A stretch of 64,000 nucleotides of DNA from a virus (IMGVR_UViG_2600255075_000001:1-64000); one strand, 5' to 3'. Counted from the first letter of the stretch, positions 9,960-19,949 are shown. Notes: generated by a model from the sequence alone, not told the origin. Made by a program: numbers and translations.

Positions 9960-12059
9960 TTACACAACGCAACTAACGCACGAGTCATCAATTTGCGTCA
10001 TCTTCATTCGACTGTAATACAGTGTCTTCAAGCCCTTTTTCCAAGCATAAATGTAATACAAGGAAATATCTCTTGTAGTCATTGTGTCTTTGAGATATAG
10101 CGTGCAGCTAATTCCTTGATCAACATGATTTTGAATAGCTGCATACAGATCGATCATATTAAACATATCGATGTCGTAGGCTTCTTTGTAATAAAAGAAG
10201 CTTGATTCATCCAGATAAGGCATCGGATAATAGGTATCGCTGTCTCCATAAGTACGATGCTCAATTTTTTCAGTGATTGGAGCTATGCTAGCTGTACTTG
10301 ATTGTACATAGCTAATGCTTCCCGTAGGAGCAATTGCCAAACGATAGCTATTGGCAATCCCATATTCCATTACATCGCCCTTCAGCATTGACCAATCTTC
10401 TCTGGTTGGTAATTTGATGTCTTGAAACAGCAATCGCACCTTGTCTGACTTTGGCAAAAAATCATTACTAAGATATTGATCAAAATAATTACCGCCGTTA
10501 TATGATGAATTTCTGAATCCTTTGAAATTAAACCCCGTTTCTTTGGCGATCAGCATTGATTCTTTTAGAGAATAATAATTCACTGCGGCAAAAAAAACAT
10601 TGGCAAATTCAATAGCTTCTTTTGATTCATAAGAAATCTTATTCTTTGCCAAGAACCCATGTAAGTTCATCGCTCCAAGTCCAACAGAACGCATCTGTCT
10701 GTTTGCCTTATCTACACTTGGTACAGACTTAATGTTGGTCATCCGCGAAACCACGTCGAGCATTCTAATTCCAGCAGAAACCGCACCAGCAAGATCCTTA
10801 TTCTCCATCACGTTGACGATATTCAATGAGCCAAGATTACACGAGATGTCTCGTTTAATTTCATCTTGTTCATGATAATCGTTAATTGTCGATGTTTCAG
10901 ATAATTGGATTATTTCTGTGCAGATATTTGAGAATTTCACTTTGCCTTCTTCGCTTAACGGATGTACGGAGTTAGCATTGTCCTCAAAAAACAGGTATGG
11001 ATATCCGCTCTCCACTTGAATTTGCGCAATCATAGTCAACATATCACGAGCAGAAATCTTCTTCTTTCTGATGTTCGGGTTTTCGACCAATTCATCATAT
11101 TTTTCACTGATGTTGATTTCACTCATCCGCTTTCCATATTCCTTGTAGATTCCATACGGTGAAAACAGGTACATGTCATAATCTTTTTCAACGAGTTCAA
11201 AAAACTTGTCGGGAACAATCACGCCAAGCGACAAAGTTTTAATCCTCGATTTTTCATCTGCATTGATTTTTTTTGTTGATAAGAAGTCTAGGATATCTAA
11301 ATGGAATATGTTCAGCCATGCAGCTCCGGCACCATCTCTTACCCCTAATTGATTCGAATAGGAGTAACTGTCTTCCAGAAGTTTCATCACTGGGATGACA
11401 CCACTACATTTGTCCTCAATACCTTTAATAGGGTCTCCTAATGCACGAAGGTCGGTTAGGTTATGTGACACACCGCCGCCCCGCTTTGACAATTGAAGAG
11501 CATTGTTGATGGAATGAGAAATGGAGTTCATCGAATCGTCCGTCATCAAGAGAAAGCAGCTAACAAGTTCTCCTCGTCGTTTCTTACCTGCAGATAAGAA
11601 TGTTGGTGTGGCAGGCTGATACTCTCTCTTAATCATCTTGTCTGCAAACCAAAAAGCCTTATCGGTATCCCCTTCGGCCAAGGTAAGTGCGACAATACAA
11701 ATCCTATCCTCATAACGCTCTAGGTATTTTTTATTGTCTTCAGTCCTCAGCGCGTAATTATTGTAGAATTTGAACGCCGACATAAAAGAGGGGAACCTAA
11801 ATTTCATGCCATATACATGTTTGTACAATTTCTTGATATCTTCCAATTCGTACTGATTAATGATTTCATGTTCGTAATAATCGTTTTCAATCAGGTAATC
11901 TAATTTTTCTTTTAAATTGTGAAAGAATACAGTGTTCTGATTGATATGATCGACAAAATAACTCTTAACGGCTTCTTTGTCTTTTTCGAATTGATACTTG
12001 CCGTCTTTTTGAACCATTATTTGATTGTTAAGTTGAATCCATTTTGATGCATCAGACAA
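9960..12059 (-). CDS. nrdE: Ribonucleotide reductase class Ib alpha subunit
   Basis: YQPATPTF, LVSCFLL, SNICTEI, APTGSISY, KTLYY, C-terminal CVSC. Confidence 0.97.
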   Translation of the reverse strand: MSDASKWIQLNNQIMVQKDGKYQFEKDKEAVKSYFVDHINQNTVFFHNLKEKLDYLIENDYYEHEIINQYELEDIKKLYKHVYGMKFRFPSFMSAFKFYNNYALRTEDNKKYLERYEDRICIVALTLAEGDTDKAFWFADKMIKREYQPATPTFLSAGKKRRGELVSCFLLMTDDSMNSISHSINNALQLSKRGGGVSHNLTDLRALGDPIKGIEDKCSGVIPVMKLLEDSYSYSNQLGVRDGAGAAWLNIFHLDILDFLSTKKINADEKSRIKTLSLGVIVPDKFFELVEKDYDMYLFSPYGIYKEYGKRMSEINISEKYDELVENPNIRKKKISARDMLTMIAQIQVESGYPYLFFEDNANSVHPLSEEGKVKFSNICTEIIQLSETSTINDYHEQDEIKRDISCNLGSLNIVNVMENKDLAGAVSAGIRMLDVVSRMTNIKSVPSVDKANRQMRSVGLGAMNLHGFLAKNKISYESKEAIEFANVFFAAVNYYSLKESMLIAKETGFNFKGFRNSSYNGGNYFDQYLSNDFLPKSDKVRLLFQDIKLPTREDWSMLKGDVMEYGIANSYRLAIAPTGSISYVQSSTASIAPITEKIEHRTYGDSDTYYPMPYLDESSFFYYKEAYDIDMFNMIDLYAAIQNHVDQGISCTLYLKDTMTTRDISLYYIYAWKKGLKTLYYSRMKMTQIDDSCVSCVV

Positions 12060-12405
12060 AATTCATTACCTCCAACATAAATTTAGCAACATCCTTCTCA
12101 GTTCCAGAAAGTTCAAACTTGAGTATTGCTGGTACTTTGTATGTATCTGCGATTATGTCCGCAGCCTTAGCAAATTTAACTCCCCAATTTCGGTTACCGC
12201 TCGAAGCTACACCTTTTAGATGAACATGATTAGCTTCTAAAAAATCTTTGGTCGACCTAGAAACCTCTCCAAAGCCGGTTGTATATGTAACAAGAATAAA
12301 AGAAGTACTCACTTTAAGCTGCGGAACAATCCGATAGCATTCCAGATTTAATTTTTTAACAAAACGTTCAACATTACCCGTTTTCGAATCATATATTATA
12401 ATCAT
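12052..12405 (-). CDS. nrdI: Flavodoxin NrdI
   Basis: YDSKTGNVERFV, SSGNRNWG, KFELSGT. Confidence 0.95.
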   Translation of the reverse strand: MIIIYDSKTGNVERFVKKLNLECYRIVPQLKVSTSFILVTYTTGFGEVSRSTKDFLEANHVHLKGVASSGNRNWGVKFAKAADIIADTYKVPAILKFELSGTEKDVAKFMLEVMNFV

Positions 12406-12498
12406 TTGCTTTAAACCTTTTCAGCGGATAAAATAACAGTTTTATTGCCTAAATAGCTATAAAAAAGCTTGTAGGTATAACGTTTTTAAAATTGTCTT

Positions 12499-12738
12499 TT
12501 ACATAAAAGAAGCATATCTTTTGCCATTCTTGCCGGTTCGCTTACGATCCTTGAAAAATTTTGTATTTACTCCGCCTTGTTTCTGGCTTCCTTGAAGAAG
12601 GTGAAGATGTTTAAATTTATACCCTCTATCTTTGCACTGAGCAAGTACATCCTTCTCTGCCAATTGTCTTGTATTCTCTGTAGATTCCAAGATAACAGAC
12701 TTACCCTCTTCGTTATTAACAATTGCGTAAAATTTCAT
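12499..12738 (-). CDS. Hypothetical protein
   Basis: ORF from ATG 12738 with AAGGAG RBS. Confidence 0.6.
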   Translation of the reverse strand: MKFYAIVNNEEGKSVILESTENTRQLAEKDVLAQCKDRGYKFKHLHLLQGSQKQGGVNTKFFKDRKRTGKNGKRYASFM

Positions 12739-12760
12739 GTATTTATATTCTCCTTTTATT

Positions 12761-13618
12761 TTAATATGGTGTGAATTCATTTCTATGTACACATGAATAC
12801 CTGAAAGCACATTGGTTTCTCAAGTTGCATAACTGTGATGCGAAGAAATCCTTTTTACCATCGACAGTTTTACATCGCGGCGTCCAAGTATCTTTATGAT
12901 TTAAGACTTTACATACAGTGTCTCTAACCCATTGCTTTGTTCTTTCCAGTTCTTCAATTTCAAACTTAAATACACGTTCACGATTTTCCTTTTCCCGCGG
13001 GAATATGTATACTAAATTATCGGGATAGACTCCGAATTCATTGTAGTAAGGAATAGAATATAGATATAATTGCATGATATTGTGCTTCATTTTCTTCGTA
13101 TCGTATACGCGGCTAGTTTTATAGTCTCCAATCACCTTCCCGTATTCTCTATGCTGTGCAAACATATCAGGAAACCCCTTGAGCTTAATCTTGTCGACTT
13201 CGAAATTCTTTAATTCTTCGGCCTGGGTAATTGTATAATCCTTGAATACATCCTCAAACTCATCGAAGAATTTAAATAATGAATTCTCGTAAGAAGCCCT
13301 CATTTTCTGAAATGGCACTTTGTAATGAAAATTTTTGAGTCCTCGTTTTAGTTCGTCTTCAATATCCCAGGCAATTAAACTCCCGTTATGCAGCCGTTCA
13401 GTCATCTCGTGAACCAAAGTTCCGTACTCGGCGAAATAGTTGTTTTCCCCACGGTTACCTATGTTGTACTGTTGGTTAAAAAGGTGAAAGCATCCATCTC
13501 CTTCAAGTGCCGAATGATATGTATTTAGTCTACTCCAACTCCAAATTATTTCTGACAATGCATCACACTCCTTATTAGAATCAAGCGCTAAGAAATTTCC
13601 CATCCCGATTATCATCAA
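12761..13618 (-). CDS. PD-(D/E)XK nuclease (RecB/Cas4-like exonuclease)
   Basis: SWSRLNTY..C, GTLVHE, GFPD..., GDYKTS, QLYLY, C-terminal Cys cluster; real start probably near LSEIIWSW. Confidence 0.85.
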   Translation of the reverse strand: MMIIGMGNFLALDSNKECDALSEIIWSWSRLNTYHSALEGDGCFHLFNQQYNIGNRGENNYFAEYGTLVHEMTERLHNGSLIAWDIEDELKRGLKNFHYKVPFQKMRASYENSLFKFFDEFEDVFKDYTITQAEELKNFEVDKIKLKGFPDMFAQHREYGKVIGDYKTSRVYDTKKMKHNIMQLYLYSIPYYNEFGVYPDNLVYIFPREKENRERVFKFEIEELERTKQWVRDTVCKVLNHKDTWTPRCKTVDGKKDFFASQLCNLRNQCAFRYSCVHRNEFTPY

Positions 13619-13638
13619 CTATCAGTTATTAATATTTT

Positions 13639-14166
13639 TTATATTAATTCGTCGATAATGCCTAGTTCCAACCCCTGTTCGGCGGTAATGTACCAATCAT
13701 CTTTCATTTTCCTAACTTCATCTAACTTGCTCATTGGAATCTTCGTTTTGGTCAGCAATACATCATCATACATATTTTTTACTCTTCGCAGCTCTCCCAA
13801 GGTGTCATGAACGTGCCCAAGTTTACCCTCAAGATTCGTTAGGCTATCGTGATACATGAATGTTGCCAACTTGTGAGCGTAACGTTTATGTGCAGCGGCT
13901 GCTGCAAGCAGTGCCATTGACATAGCATATCCATAAACATATGAATGAATCGGTGTCTTACTTGATAACATGGTTGCTACAATTGCCATTCCATCATAGA
14001 TTTGTCCGCCATAGGAATTAATAATTAGTTTAATCGGCTGTCGATCGACAATTTTCTCTTCGTCGTCTCTTTCATTAATATTGATAATTTGTTCAATTAA
14101 TTTGCCAGCAGCCTCAGGGCAAATTTTATCGTATAAATATAGCGTTCTATCATTTGTTTTAATCAT
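13639..14166 (-). CDS. clpP: ClpP-family protease
   Basis: INSYGG, AMSMA (catalytic Ser), FMYH (His), DWYITAEQGLELGIID. Confidence 0.88.
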   Translation of the reverse strand: MIKTNDRTLYLYDKICPEAAGKLIEQIININERDDEEKIVDRQPIKLIINSYGGQIYDGMAIVATMLSSKTPIHSYVYGYAMSMALLAAAAAHKRYAHKLATFMYHDSLTNLEGKLGHVHDTLGELRRVKNMYDDVLLTKTKIPMSKLDEVRKMKDDWYITAEQGLELGIIDELI

Positions 14167-14492
14167 TTTTCCCGGTCAACTATATAGCGAGTTGTTCTTT
14201 CCGTTATTTTAGTAATTTCAAATGTATCTAACCCATTTTCTTTTGCCAGATTCTCAATCCTTTTAATGGTAGGGAGATCGGTCAGATTATCTATAGTTTT
14301 TATAACCTGAGACCCTTTGTCGCTAACTTCCTTGGCATTATAGATATCTATCCTAAAGGATTCACTTTTTACCCCATCATATTTTCGAGCTATTTTTTTC
14401 ACCTCATTATTCGAATTGAGTGAGCAAATAAACAATCTAACTTTTATCAACAAAATGTATTCATTTGTGTACATTTGCACACATACGTACAC
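14163..14492 (-). CDS. Hypothetical protein (true start probably internal)
   Basis: ORF overlapping the clpP start by 4 nt. Confidence 0.5.
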   Translation of the reverse strand: MYVCVQMYTNEYILLIKVRLFICSLNSNNEVKKIARKYDGVKSESFRIDIYNAKEVSDKGSQVIKTIDNLTDLPTIKRIENLAKENGLDTFEITKITERTTRYIVDREK

Positions 14493-14516
14493 ACTCGTTT
14501 ACCACTGTATACAGTA

Positions 14517-14556
14517 GGAACATTTGTTTGACATACTATATATAGTGTGATATTGT
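14517..14556 (+). promoter_or_regulatory. SigA promoter with overlapping SOS-like box
   Basis: TTGACA(14528)-N17-TATTGT with TGn; GGAACATTTGTTTG at 14517-14530 overlaps the -35. Confidence 0.6.
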
Positions 14557-14596
14557 CTATATGTAGAAAATATTTACAAGAAGGAGGGTCATTATT

Positions 14597-14740
14597 ATGG
14601 CTAAAAGCAGCACTCGAAAAGTGTCTTCGTCAGCAATGTCTACTAAGGCTTCCTCAGTACTAAGATCTAGTTCTTCAAGTAAGACAGCAAAGTCACTTGC
14701 CGGTTCCGTACTGGCGCAATCTCGTGCAGGTAGAAAATAG
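14597..14740 (+). CDS. 47-aa Ser/Lys-rich basic small protein
   Basis: Not in ORF track; AAGGAGG RBS and own promoter; MAKSSTRKVSSSAMSTKASSVLRSSSSSKTAKSLAGSVLAQSRAGRK. Confidence 0.75.
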   Translation: MAKSSTRKVSSSAMSTKASSVLRSSSSSKTAKSLAGSVLAQSRAGRK

Positions 14741-14875
14741 TACGTTATTTATTCATTTCTCCAGGCACACTAGTCTGGAGTTTCTGTTTTTTACGGAAGT
14801 GTTAGCCATGTTGCAAGGATGCGAATTCATTCATCCGAGCATATGGCCCCTCTTTCTTTCCATAAAAGATTGATT

Positions 14876-15148
14876 TTATTGGTCCGTATCAAAGACTCTT
14901 CTTCTTCCTCGGTCATAATTGTCTAGCGGGTCTGAAATAAATCTACCGTTCTTGTCGCGCACTTTTACTAAATAGTCCATCCAATTTTTTGGCATTAACT
15001 CGGTTCGCCAATTTGTATCATCGACCTCTTCGAGCAATTCAACAAATTTAATCTGCCATTCCATAGGCATAGATTGGAGAACAGTACGAGGCAAAACTAG
15101 ATAGTTTGCATAGGACAGCCCAAAATAACTATGAATATCTTGGTTCAT
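14876..15148 (-). CDS. Hypothetical phage protein
   Basis: ORF (FGLSYANYLVLPRTVLQSMP); stop overlaps palindrome 14862. Confidence 0.7.
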   Translation of the reverse strand: MNQDIHSYFGLSYANYLVLPRTVLQSMPMEWQIKFVELLEEVDDTNWRTELMPKNWMDYLVKVRDKNGRFISDPLDNYDRGRRRVFDTDQ

Positions 15149-15621
15149 ACAGTAATTCCGTTTCTCGCAGCAACTTTATCAAAGTCTCTACGTGCATGTT
15201 CATTGTATTTTTTATAATTATCGTTTTTTAGACCGTATTCTAAAAATTCATCGTCATTACGTTTTAACACTCTTTCAAAAACTTTCATCGCATTGTCATT
15301 AATAAACTTTGGATTGCTTTCGTCTTCAACGGTAGGCCTAATATTAGCTGCTTCCCAGATCTCATACATGTCGGCTGAAAAATATGTTCTAAAAGGACTG
15401 TAAGCGGAAATCTGTTTGTGACCAAATGTTTCAAGTAATTCCATCATTTCCTCTTCATAAAACTCATACTCAGGAACATAGTCTGCAATCTTGTACATCC
15501 ATACTTTAATCAACATCGTAAGATCTTCATCCGACCATGTTGTTTTAAAATATATCTTCGGATCTTGCCCTGCTTCAACGACTGCTAAGTGTTCAAGTTT
15601 ATAAACTCTTGGTCTTGGCAT
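15145..15621 (-). CDS. Hypothetical protein
   Basis: ORF with GGGAGG RBS. Confidence 0.7.
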   Translation of the reverse strand: MPRPRVYKLEHLAVVEAGQDPKIYFKTTWSDEDLTMLIKVWMYKIADYVPEYEFYEEEMMELLETFGHKQISAYSPFRTYFSADMYEIWEAANIRPTVEDESNPKFINDNAMKVFERVLKRNDDEFLEYGLKNDNYKKYNEHARRDFDKVAARNGITV

Positions 15622-15855
15622 AAATCAGCCTCCCTTTTGTAAAATTATTCATTTCAAATACTCTTAACCTAATTTCATTTTCACATTGATGTAGAAAACA
15701 ATATCTTCATAACTGAAATTCTCTGTAATTGCAGGATGCATGTAATACTTCCAAGCTTTTTTAAATGTACAATTAAATATAGCCGCCTGATTAGCTAATG
15801 TGTCAGCAACTTTAGAGATCTCAAGCACACTCACTCCTCCTATGAAATTAAACTT

Positions 15856-16200
15856 TTATTCATTAATTCTCAGATTTAATCTATTTCTTTGAGAATTGTC
15901 CAACCCAAACCGAATCGCTTCTTCAAGGCTTCCTGTTACTTCCGCACTTCCCCACGCCTGACAGTCCCAACCTGTATAGTCGCAGCCTGCATCAATAATC
16001 GCGTACCTGCCATCTTTAAGTTTGAAAATACCAATCCAATTAGACGTATCGTTCTCTCCGTCATCCATTGCGATAATTTCAACAACATCTTCCCTACTAA
16101 ATGGCCTCGTAGATACTGGTTTTGCAAAGTGAACAGTAAATACTGAATTAGCGTAGCCGAATGCTTCCTTCCAATCATATGTATTGATTTCTTCTAACAT
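15856..16200 (-). CDS. Hypothetical protein
   Basis: ORF bracketed by palindromes 15842 and 16214; AGGAG RBS. Confidence 0.75.
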   Translation of the reverse strand: MLEEINTYDWKEAFGYANSVFTVHFAKPVSTRPFSREDVVEIIAMDDGENDTSNWIGIFKLKDGRYAIIDAGCDYTGWDCQAWGSAEVTGSLEEAIRFGLDNSQRNRLNLRINE

Positions 16201-16230
16201 TTCATCGTCTCCTATAAAATGAACTTTTTA

Positions 16231-16473
16231 TCAACTAACAGTTCTAATATGCTTGACAGGTATACCGCCAATTATCTCACGTTGCTTAGCCTCAAATGAT
16301 GTATTGTCATTTACTAATAAGCGAATTTTTATATAACCATATTCATTTTCTTCTTCTACAATTTCACAAATTCGTCCCCTATGCCTTCTCCACCAATTCA
16401 GAGGTGAATCACAACTAATAATAACAGCCTTTTTCATATACCTGTTTTCATCCTGACTTTTTGAGATCTTCAA
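16231..16473 (-). CDS. Hypothetical protein
   Basis: ORF in minus-strand gene run. Confidence 0.55.
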   Translation of the reverse strand: MKISKSQDENRYMKKAVIISCDSPLNWWRRHRGRICEIVEEENEYGYIKIRLLVNDNTSFEAKQREIIGGIPVKHIRTVS

Positions 16474-16948
16474 GGTATTTTTCTTGATACTCGATTTCAG
16501 TAATCAGATCGAAGTTACCTTGAGATCGTTTTTCTAAATTAAAGTCTGCTTTATAGTAAATCTCCTTATCTAATGAAATATACCTTTCTAAGGACTCACC
16601 TCCCAAGGAGCATATACCGTGCTTAAACTCGACCAGTTTAATGTCTTCATAATTTGATAATCCAAATCGATTTAGAATTTTTATGTATTCAGAATTATAA
16701 TCTTTTGCTTTTTTATCGTTCTTTCTCAATCTACCTTCATTGGTGAATAGCTTTTTGTTTTCATCCTTAGACAGTTCTCTTACATCTAAGCATAGAATAT
16801 TGGTCGATGGCCAAATGCTTTTTACTGACTCTCCAAGCAACTTATTCACTTCATTAATCACTTTTTTCCATTCGCCTCTTTGGGTCATACTTTTTCTTGC
16901 ATCTAAATAGAACTCGCTTCCCGATTTAGCCTTGTAACAAAAGCCCAC
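16448..16948 (-). CDS. Hypothetical protein
   Basis: 166-aa ORF with GAGGA RBS. Confidence 0.7.
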   Translation of the reverse strand: MGFCYKAKSGSEFYLDARKSMTQRGEWKKVINEVNKLLGESVKSIWPSTNILCLDVRELSKDENKKLFTNEGRLRKNDKKAKDYNSEYIKILNRFGLSNYEDIKLVEFKHGICSLGGESLERYISLDKEIYYKADFNLEKRSQGNFDLITEIEYQEKYLEDLKKSG

Positions 16949-17001
16949 ACAATCAATCCTCTCGAAAATTCATTCATTTGCTGCATGATATTTAATGGTA
17001 A

Positions 17002-17301
17002 CTATAAAAACTTATAGCCACCAAGCAAATTCTTCTTGGCCATGACCGGTTTACCATCAACAAACAATTCGGCAACTTTTACATCATCACTAAGCCATTG
17101 TTCATTCGGATTCTTTTCTGAGTTAGGCTGAGTGAACTCGCACATTAATCTTCCTCCGTACTCTTTAAGAATGAGGCATCGATCATCGTAAATTTTTGAA
17201 ACAACTCCGTATTCCCAACCGCCTGGATGTTTGTAACTGATTTCCACCAACTGTCCCTTCTTCATATCTCCCTCCAAAAAATCATTCGTATTATTATTCA
17301 T
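17002..17301 (-). CDS. Hypothetical protein
   Basis: ORF; likely starts at MKKGQ behind GGAGG. Confidence 0.65.
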   Translation of the reverse strand: MNNNTNDFLEGDMKKGQLVEISYKHPGGWEYGVVSKIYDDRCLILKEYGGRLMCEFTQPNSEKNPNEQWLSDDVKVAELFVDGKPVMAKKNLLGGYKFL

Positions 17302-17588
17302 TGCTTTGATAGAATCGCATCATTTACAAAATCCTTTTCCTGAATCGCACTTCTGATTGTAACAGTTACATCGTAACTTTTACCTTTTTCTAAATTATAT
17401 GACTGACTAGGATCAACAAAGTAGTTAATCTTATACCCTTCGATATCAATAAATTGAAGGATGTCTCCTCTGCTAGTCTTAATTTGTTCAACATATTCTA
17501 AATCTTTGATTATTTTTACAGGTTTAGCCTTACATCCAGCGGCTAACAATAGTGCGCTCAACGCCAAAACTATAGTCCATTTAATCAT
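17298..17588 (-). CDS. Putative lipoprotein
   Basis: Signal peptide with lipobox LAAGC. Confidence 0.7.
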   Translation of the reverse strand: MIKWTIVLALSALLLAAGCKAKPVKIIKDLEYVEQIKTSRGDILQFIDIEGYKINYFVDPSQSYNLEKGKSYDVTVTIRSAIQEKDFVNDAILSKQ

Positions 17589-17621
17589 TATCGTCCCCTA
17601 TAATATAAGTATTTCCTTAGT

Positions 17622-17831
17622 TCAATGATTCAGCTTTTTAGAATTTCTTTCATTTCGAACAATTCCATTATTAATGACATTGAGAAGAGACAATTTGTTC
17701 TTCTTTTGATTGTTTACAATTGAATTAATAAATGCGTCGATCATGCATTCGGCTTCATCTAAACTCACATTCTGAACCACAGAGATAGTCTTTGCTATAT
17801 CCTTGAAAATCCGATTATTTTCAAAGTCCAA
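17622..17831 (-). CDS. Hypothetical protein
   Basis: ORF with GAGGTG RBS right after palindrome 17843. Confidence 0.6.
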   Translation of the reverse strand: MDFENNRIFKDIAKTISVVQNVSLDEAECMIDAFINSIVNNQKKNKLSLLNVINNGIVRNERNSKKLNH

Positions 17832-17863
17832 TTGGGCACCTCATGAAATGTAATTTTTATCGT

Positions 17864-18283
17864 CTAGTCAATCGTGTTTCCATAACCAGTACACCATGTT
17901 TTACAATATCCTTCTTCAATGATTTCTCCTCCACGAATGAGCCAATACTTACTTTTAGAGTCCTGATCGCGGAAATCTTCAATTTCATATTGAAAATCAA
18001 TTCTGCCTTCTGCGTTTGGGAAACGAGCAATTAAATACTTAATCCATTCCTCTGCGTCATCATCATAGTTTTTCAACTCTGTTCCTATAAACAAAAAGAT
18101 TGAATTATTCGCTCCCAAATGAATATTGGTGTCCTCACTAATACAAGCTCGGCCTTCTGCAAAGTCGAGGTAATCTTTTCTGACCTCATTCAATTTATTT
18201 CTCAACGCTCTGTAGTTTTCTTTGTTGAAATCTCCAATACTATCTATGTTCAACCAACCTCTGACCTGTGTGAACATTCCCAC
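17864..18283 (-). CDS. Hypothetical protein
   Basis: ORF bracketed by palindromes 17843 and 18299. Confidence 0.7.
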   Translation of the reverse strand: MGMFTQVRGWLNIDSIGDFNKENYRALRNKLNEVRKDYLDFAEGRACISEDTNIHLGANNSIFLFIGTELKNYDDDAEEWIKYLIARFPNAEGRIDFQYEIEDFRDQDSKSKYWLIRGGEIIEEGYCKTWCTGYGNTID

Positions 18284-18432
18284 CGTTTCGCTCTCCTTAT
18301 GAAATCCGTATTTTATTCTCCCTTAAATAAGTCGATTGCCTCTTCTTTGATTTCCTCAACACTCTTTTGTAAACCTCTTTCTTCTGCTGCACCAAGAACC
18401 TCATTTAATGACTTCATGTGTATTCGTATAAT

Positions 18433-18669
18433 CTATGTATTATTTTGTTTATAATACTTAGTCTTTATAAATGCCCATACACCGTGCATTCTTTCTCCAT
18501 TGTCATCTATAATGTAGTGCTCGTCTTCACCACACGATATGCCAATTGGTTTACCAACATATAGCTCGTATATTTTATCCTTGGTGATATTGCTAAGATC
18601 CTTGTCTACTGAGATATGAGTTGCCTCGTCAAAACTATTTACTCCAACCAATTGGCTTATCTCAATCAT
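18433..18669 (-). CDS. Hypothetical protein
   Basis: ORF behind promoter TTGACT-N17-TATTCT (18708-18736). Confidence 0.65.
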   Translation of the reverse strand: MIEISQLVGVNSFDEATHISVDKDLSNITKDKIYELYVGKPIGISCGEDEHYIIDDNGERMHGVWAFIKTKYYKQNNT

Positions 18670-18825
18670 AAAGCACCTTCTTTTTTATTATATTCTTTTA
18701 CTTTGTAAGAATAGCACCAACCTCTTATTCAGTCAATCAATAATTTATTTTTCATGTAATCACATCTATTTCTTGTAATTTCTGGAATATGAGGTTAATA
18801 TGTATAGGTCGACAGTAATTGCAGT

Positions 18826-19674
18826 TTGTACAAACGAGCACTTCATTATCTGGAGGTCAGTATTTTGAAAAAGCTTGCTTTGTCTTTAACAATTTGCAGT
18901 GTTGTTCTTAGTTCTATTGTACCTGTTGCCGCAGCTAGTTCAATTTCCGAAACTACACTAAATGATTATCTTTCAAAGGCGCGCTACCCTAAGAATGTAA
19001 TTAATATCTTAGACAAAGAGCAGAAGGAGACTATTTACAATAATAAGGCGGAATTCGCTTTTGTTAAAAGTGGTTCTGAACTATTAACTGATGGTCAAGA
19101 AAAGTCTTTGATTACACCGCAAGAATTAGCCAATTTTTCTGCACAATTAGTTGGCAGCCAAATATCATCTCCTAGTGGTTATGCAAAAATTATTCTAGAT
19201 TTTAACTTCGATTGGAACTACATGCCTGTCTTTACTTCAAAAGATAAATTCGGAATAGCCTGGTCTGATGATTTCACTGCGTTACCAGAAACCGCAAAGT
19301 ATAATTACAAGGCTGTTAATAACGCATCAGGTTTGTATGCGGAACTGGGTAACACTTCCGACTACAGCGATTATAATATTAAAAAAGGCATTGGGTGGGA
19401 AATCAACCTAACTGCAGGCTTTACAAGAAACGGCACTTTTTATCCTGTCGGCAGGCACAAGGGATGGGGTCAGGTAATTATTCAACGTCCCAAAGATAAG
19501 CCTGGAACCCCAATGACAACCGCAGCAGTTGGAAACTATTTCCACAAAGAAATCGCAGGTAATGGATCGCTCTCTTTCGGTCTTTTTGATGGCAAGCCTC
19601 AAATTTCGATCAGTCCATCAATCAGCTTTGATAAGTCTAATGATTATGCCGATGTTGTAAACTGGACTCAATAA
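18826..19674 (+). CDS. Secreted protein (moron-like)
   Basis: Signal peptide KKLALSLTICSVVLSSIVPVAAA behind GGAGG; opposite strand to the phage gene run. Confidence 0.8.
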   Translation: MYKRALHYLEVSILKKLALSLTICSVVLSSIVPVAAASSISETTLNDYLSKARYPKNVINILDKEQKETIYNNKAEFAFVKSGSELLTDGQEKSLITPQELANFSAQLVGSQISSPSGYAKIILDFNFDWNYMPVFTSKDKFGIAWSDDFTALPETAKYNYKAVNNASGLYAELGNTSDYSDYNIKKGIGWEINLTAGFTRNGTFYPVGRHKGWGQVIIQRPKDKPGTPMTTAAVGNYFHKEIAGNGSLSFGLFDGKPQISISPSISFDKSNDYADVVNWTQ

Positions 19675-19683
19675 TTGTATTCT

Positions 19684-19729
19684 TATTGTAGCAAAGGAAT
19701 ATATAGAACATTTTTCCTTTGCTACAATA
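19684..19729. terminator. 16-bp perfect hairpin between secreted-protein gene and small membrane-protein gene
   Basis: tattgtagcaaaggaa (19684-19699) / ttcctttgctacaata (19714-19729). Confidence 0.6.
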
Positions 19730-19746
19730 TTTAGGGGAGGTATTAT

Positions 19747-19905
19747 ATGCTAGGTGTATCAGTTGCATTTATGATATTTTTTTCGCTTTTTGCCATCCGT
19801 TCAGCAGTTTTGAAAGAAGGCCTCGGAAAGTTTATAGTCTACGCTCTTCTTGCAGCAATTCCAATATCTATCTTAGCAGAGATAATGCTCATAAATTATA
19901 AGTGA
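19747..19905 (+). CDS. 52-aa small membrane protein (two hydrophobic segments)
   Basis: Not in ORF track; GGGGAGG RBS; MLGVSVAFMIFFSLFAIRSAVLKEGLGKFIVYALLAAIPISILAEIMLINYK. Confidence 0.7.
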   Translation: MLGVSVAFMIFFSLFAIRSAVLKEGLGKFIVYALLAAIPISILAEIMLINYK

Positions 19906-19949
19906 TCAATTAGAGGCTCTACTTTTGTAGAGTTTTATTTTTTTAAAAT

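Noticed and set aside
8957-12059. Introns or intein in nrdE/nrdF
   Set aside because: Both ORFs are continuous and of normal length.
12761-13618. cas4 belonging to the CRISPR array
   Set aside because: About 41 kb from the array, no cas1/cas2, and PD-(D/E)XK exonucleases are routine in phage replication regions.
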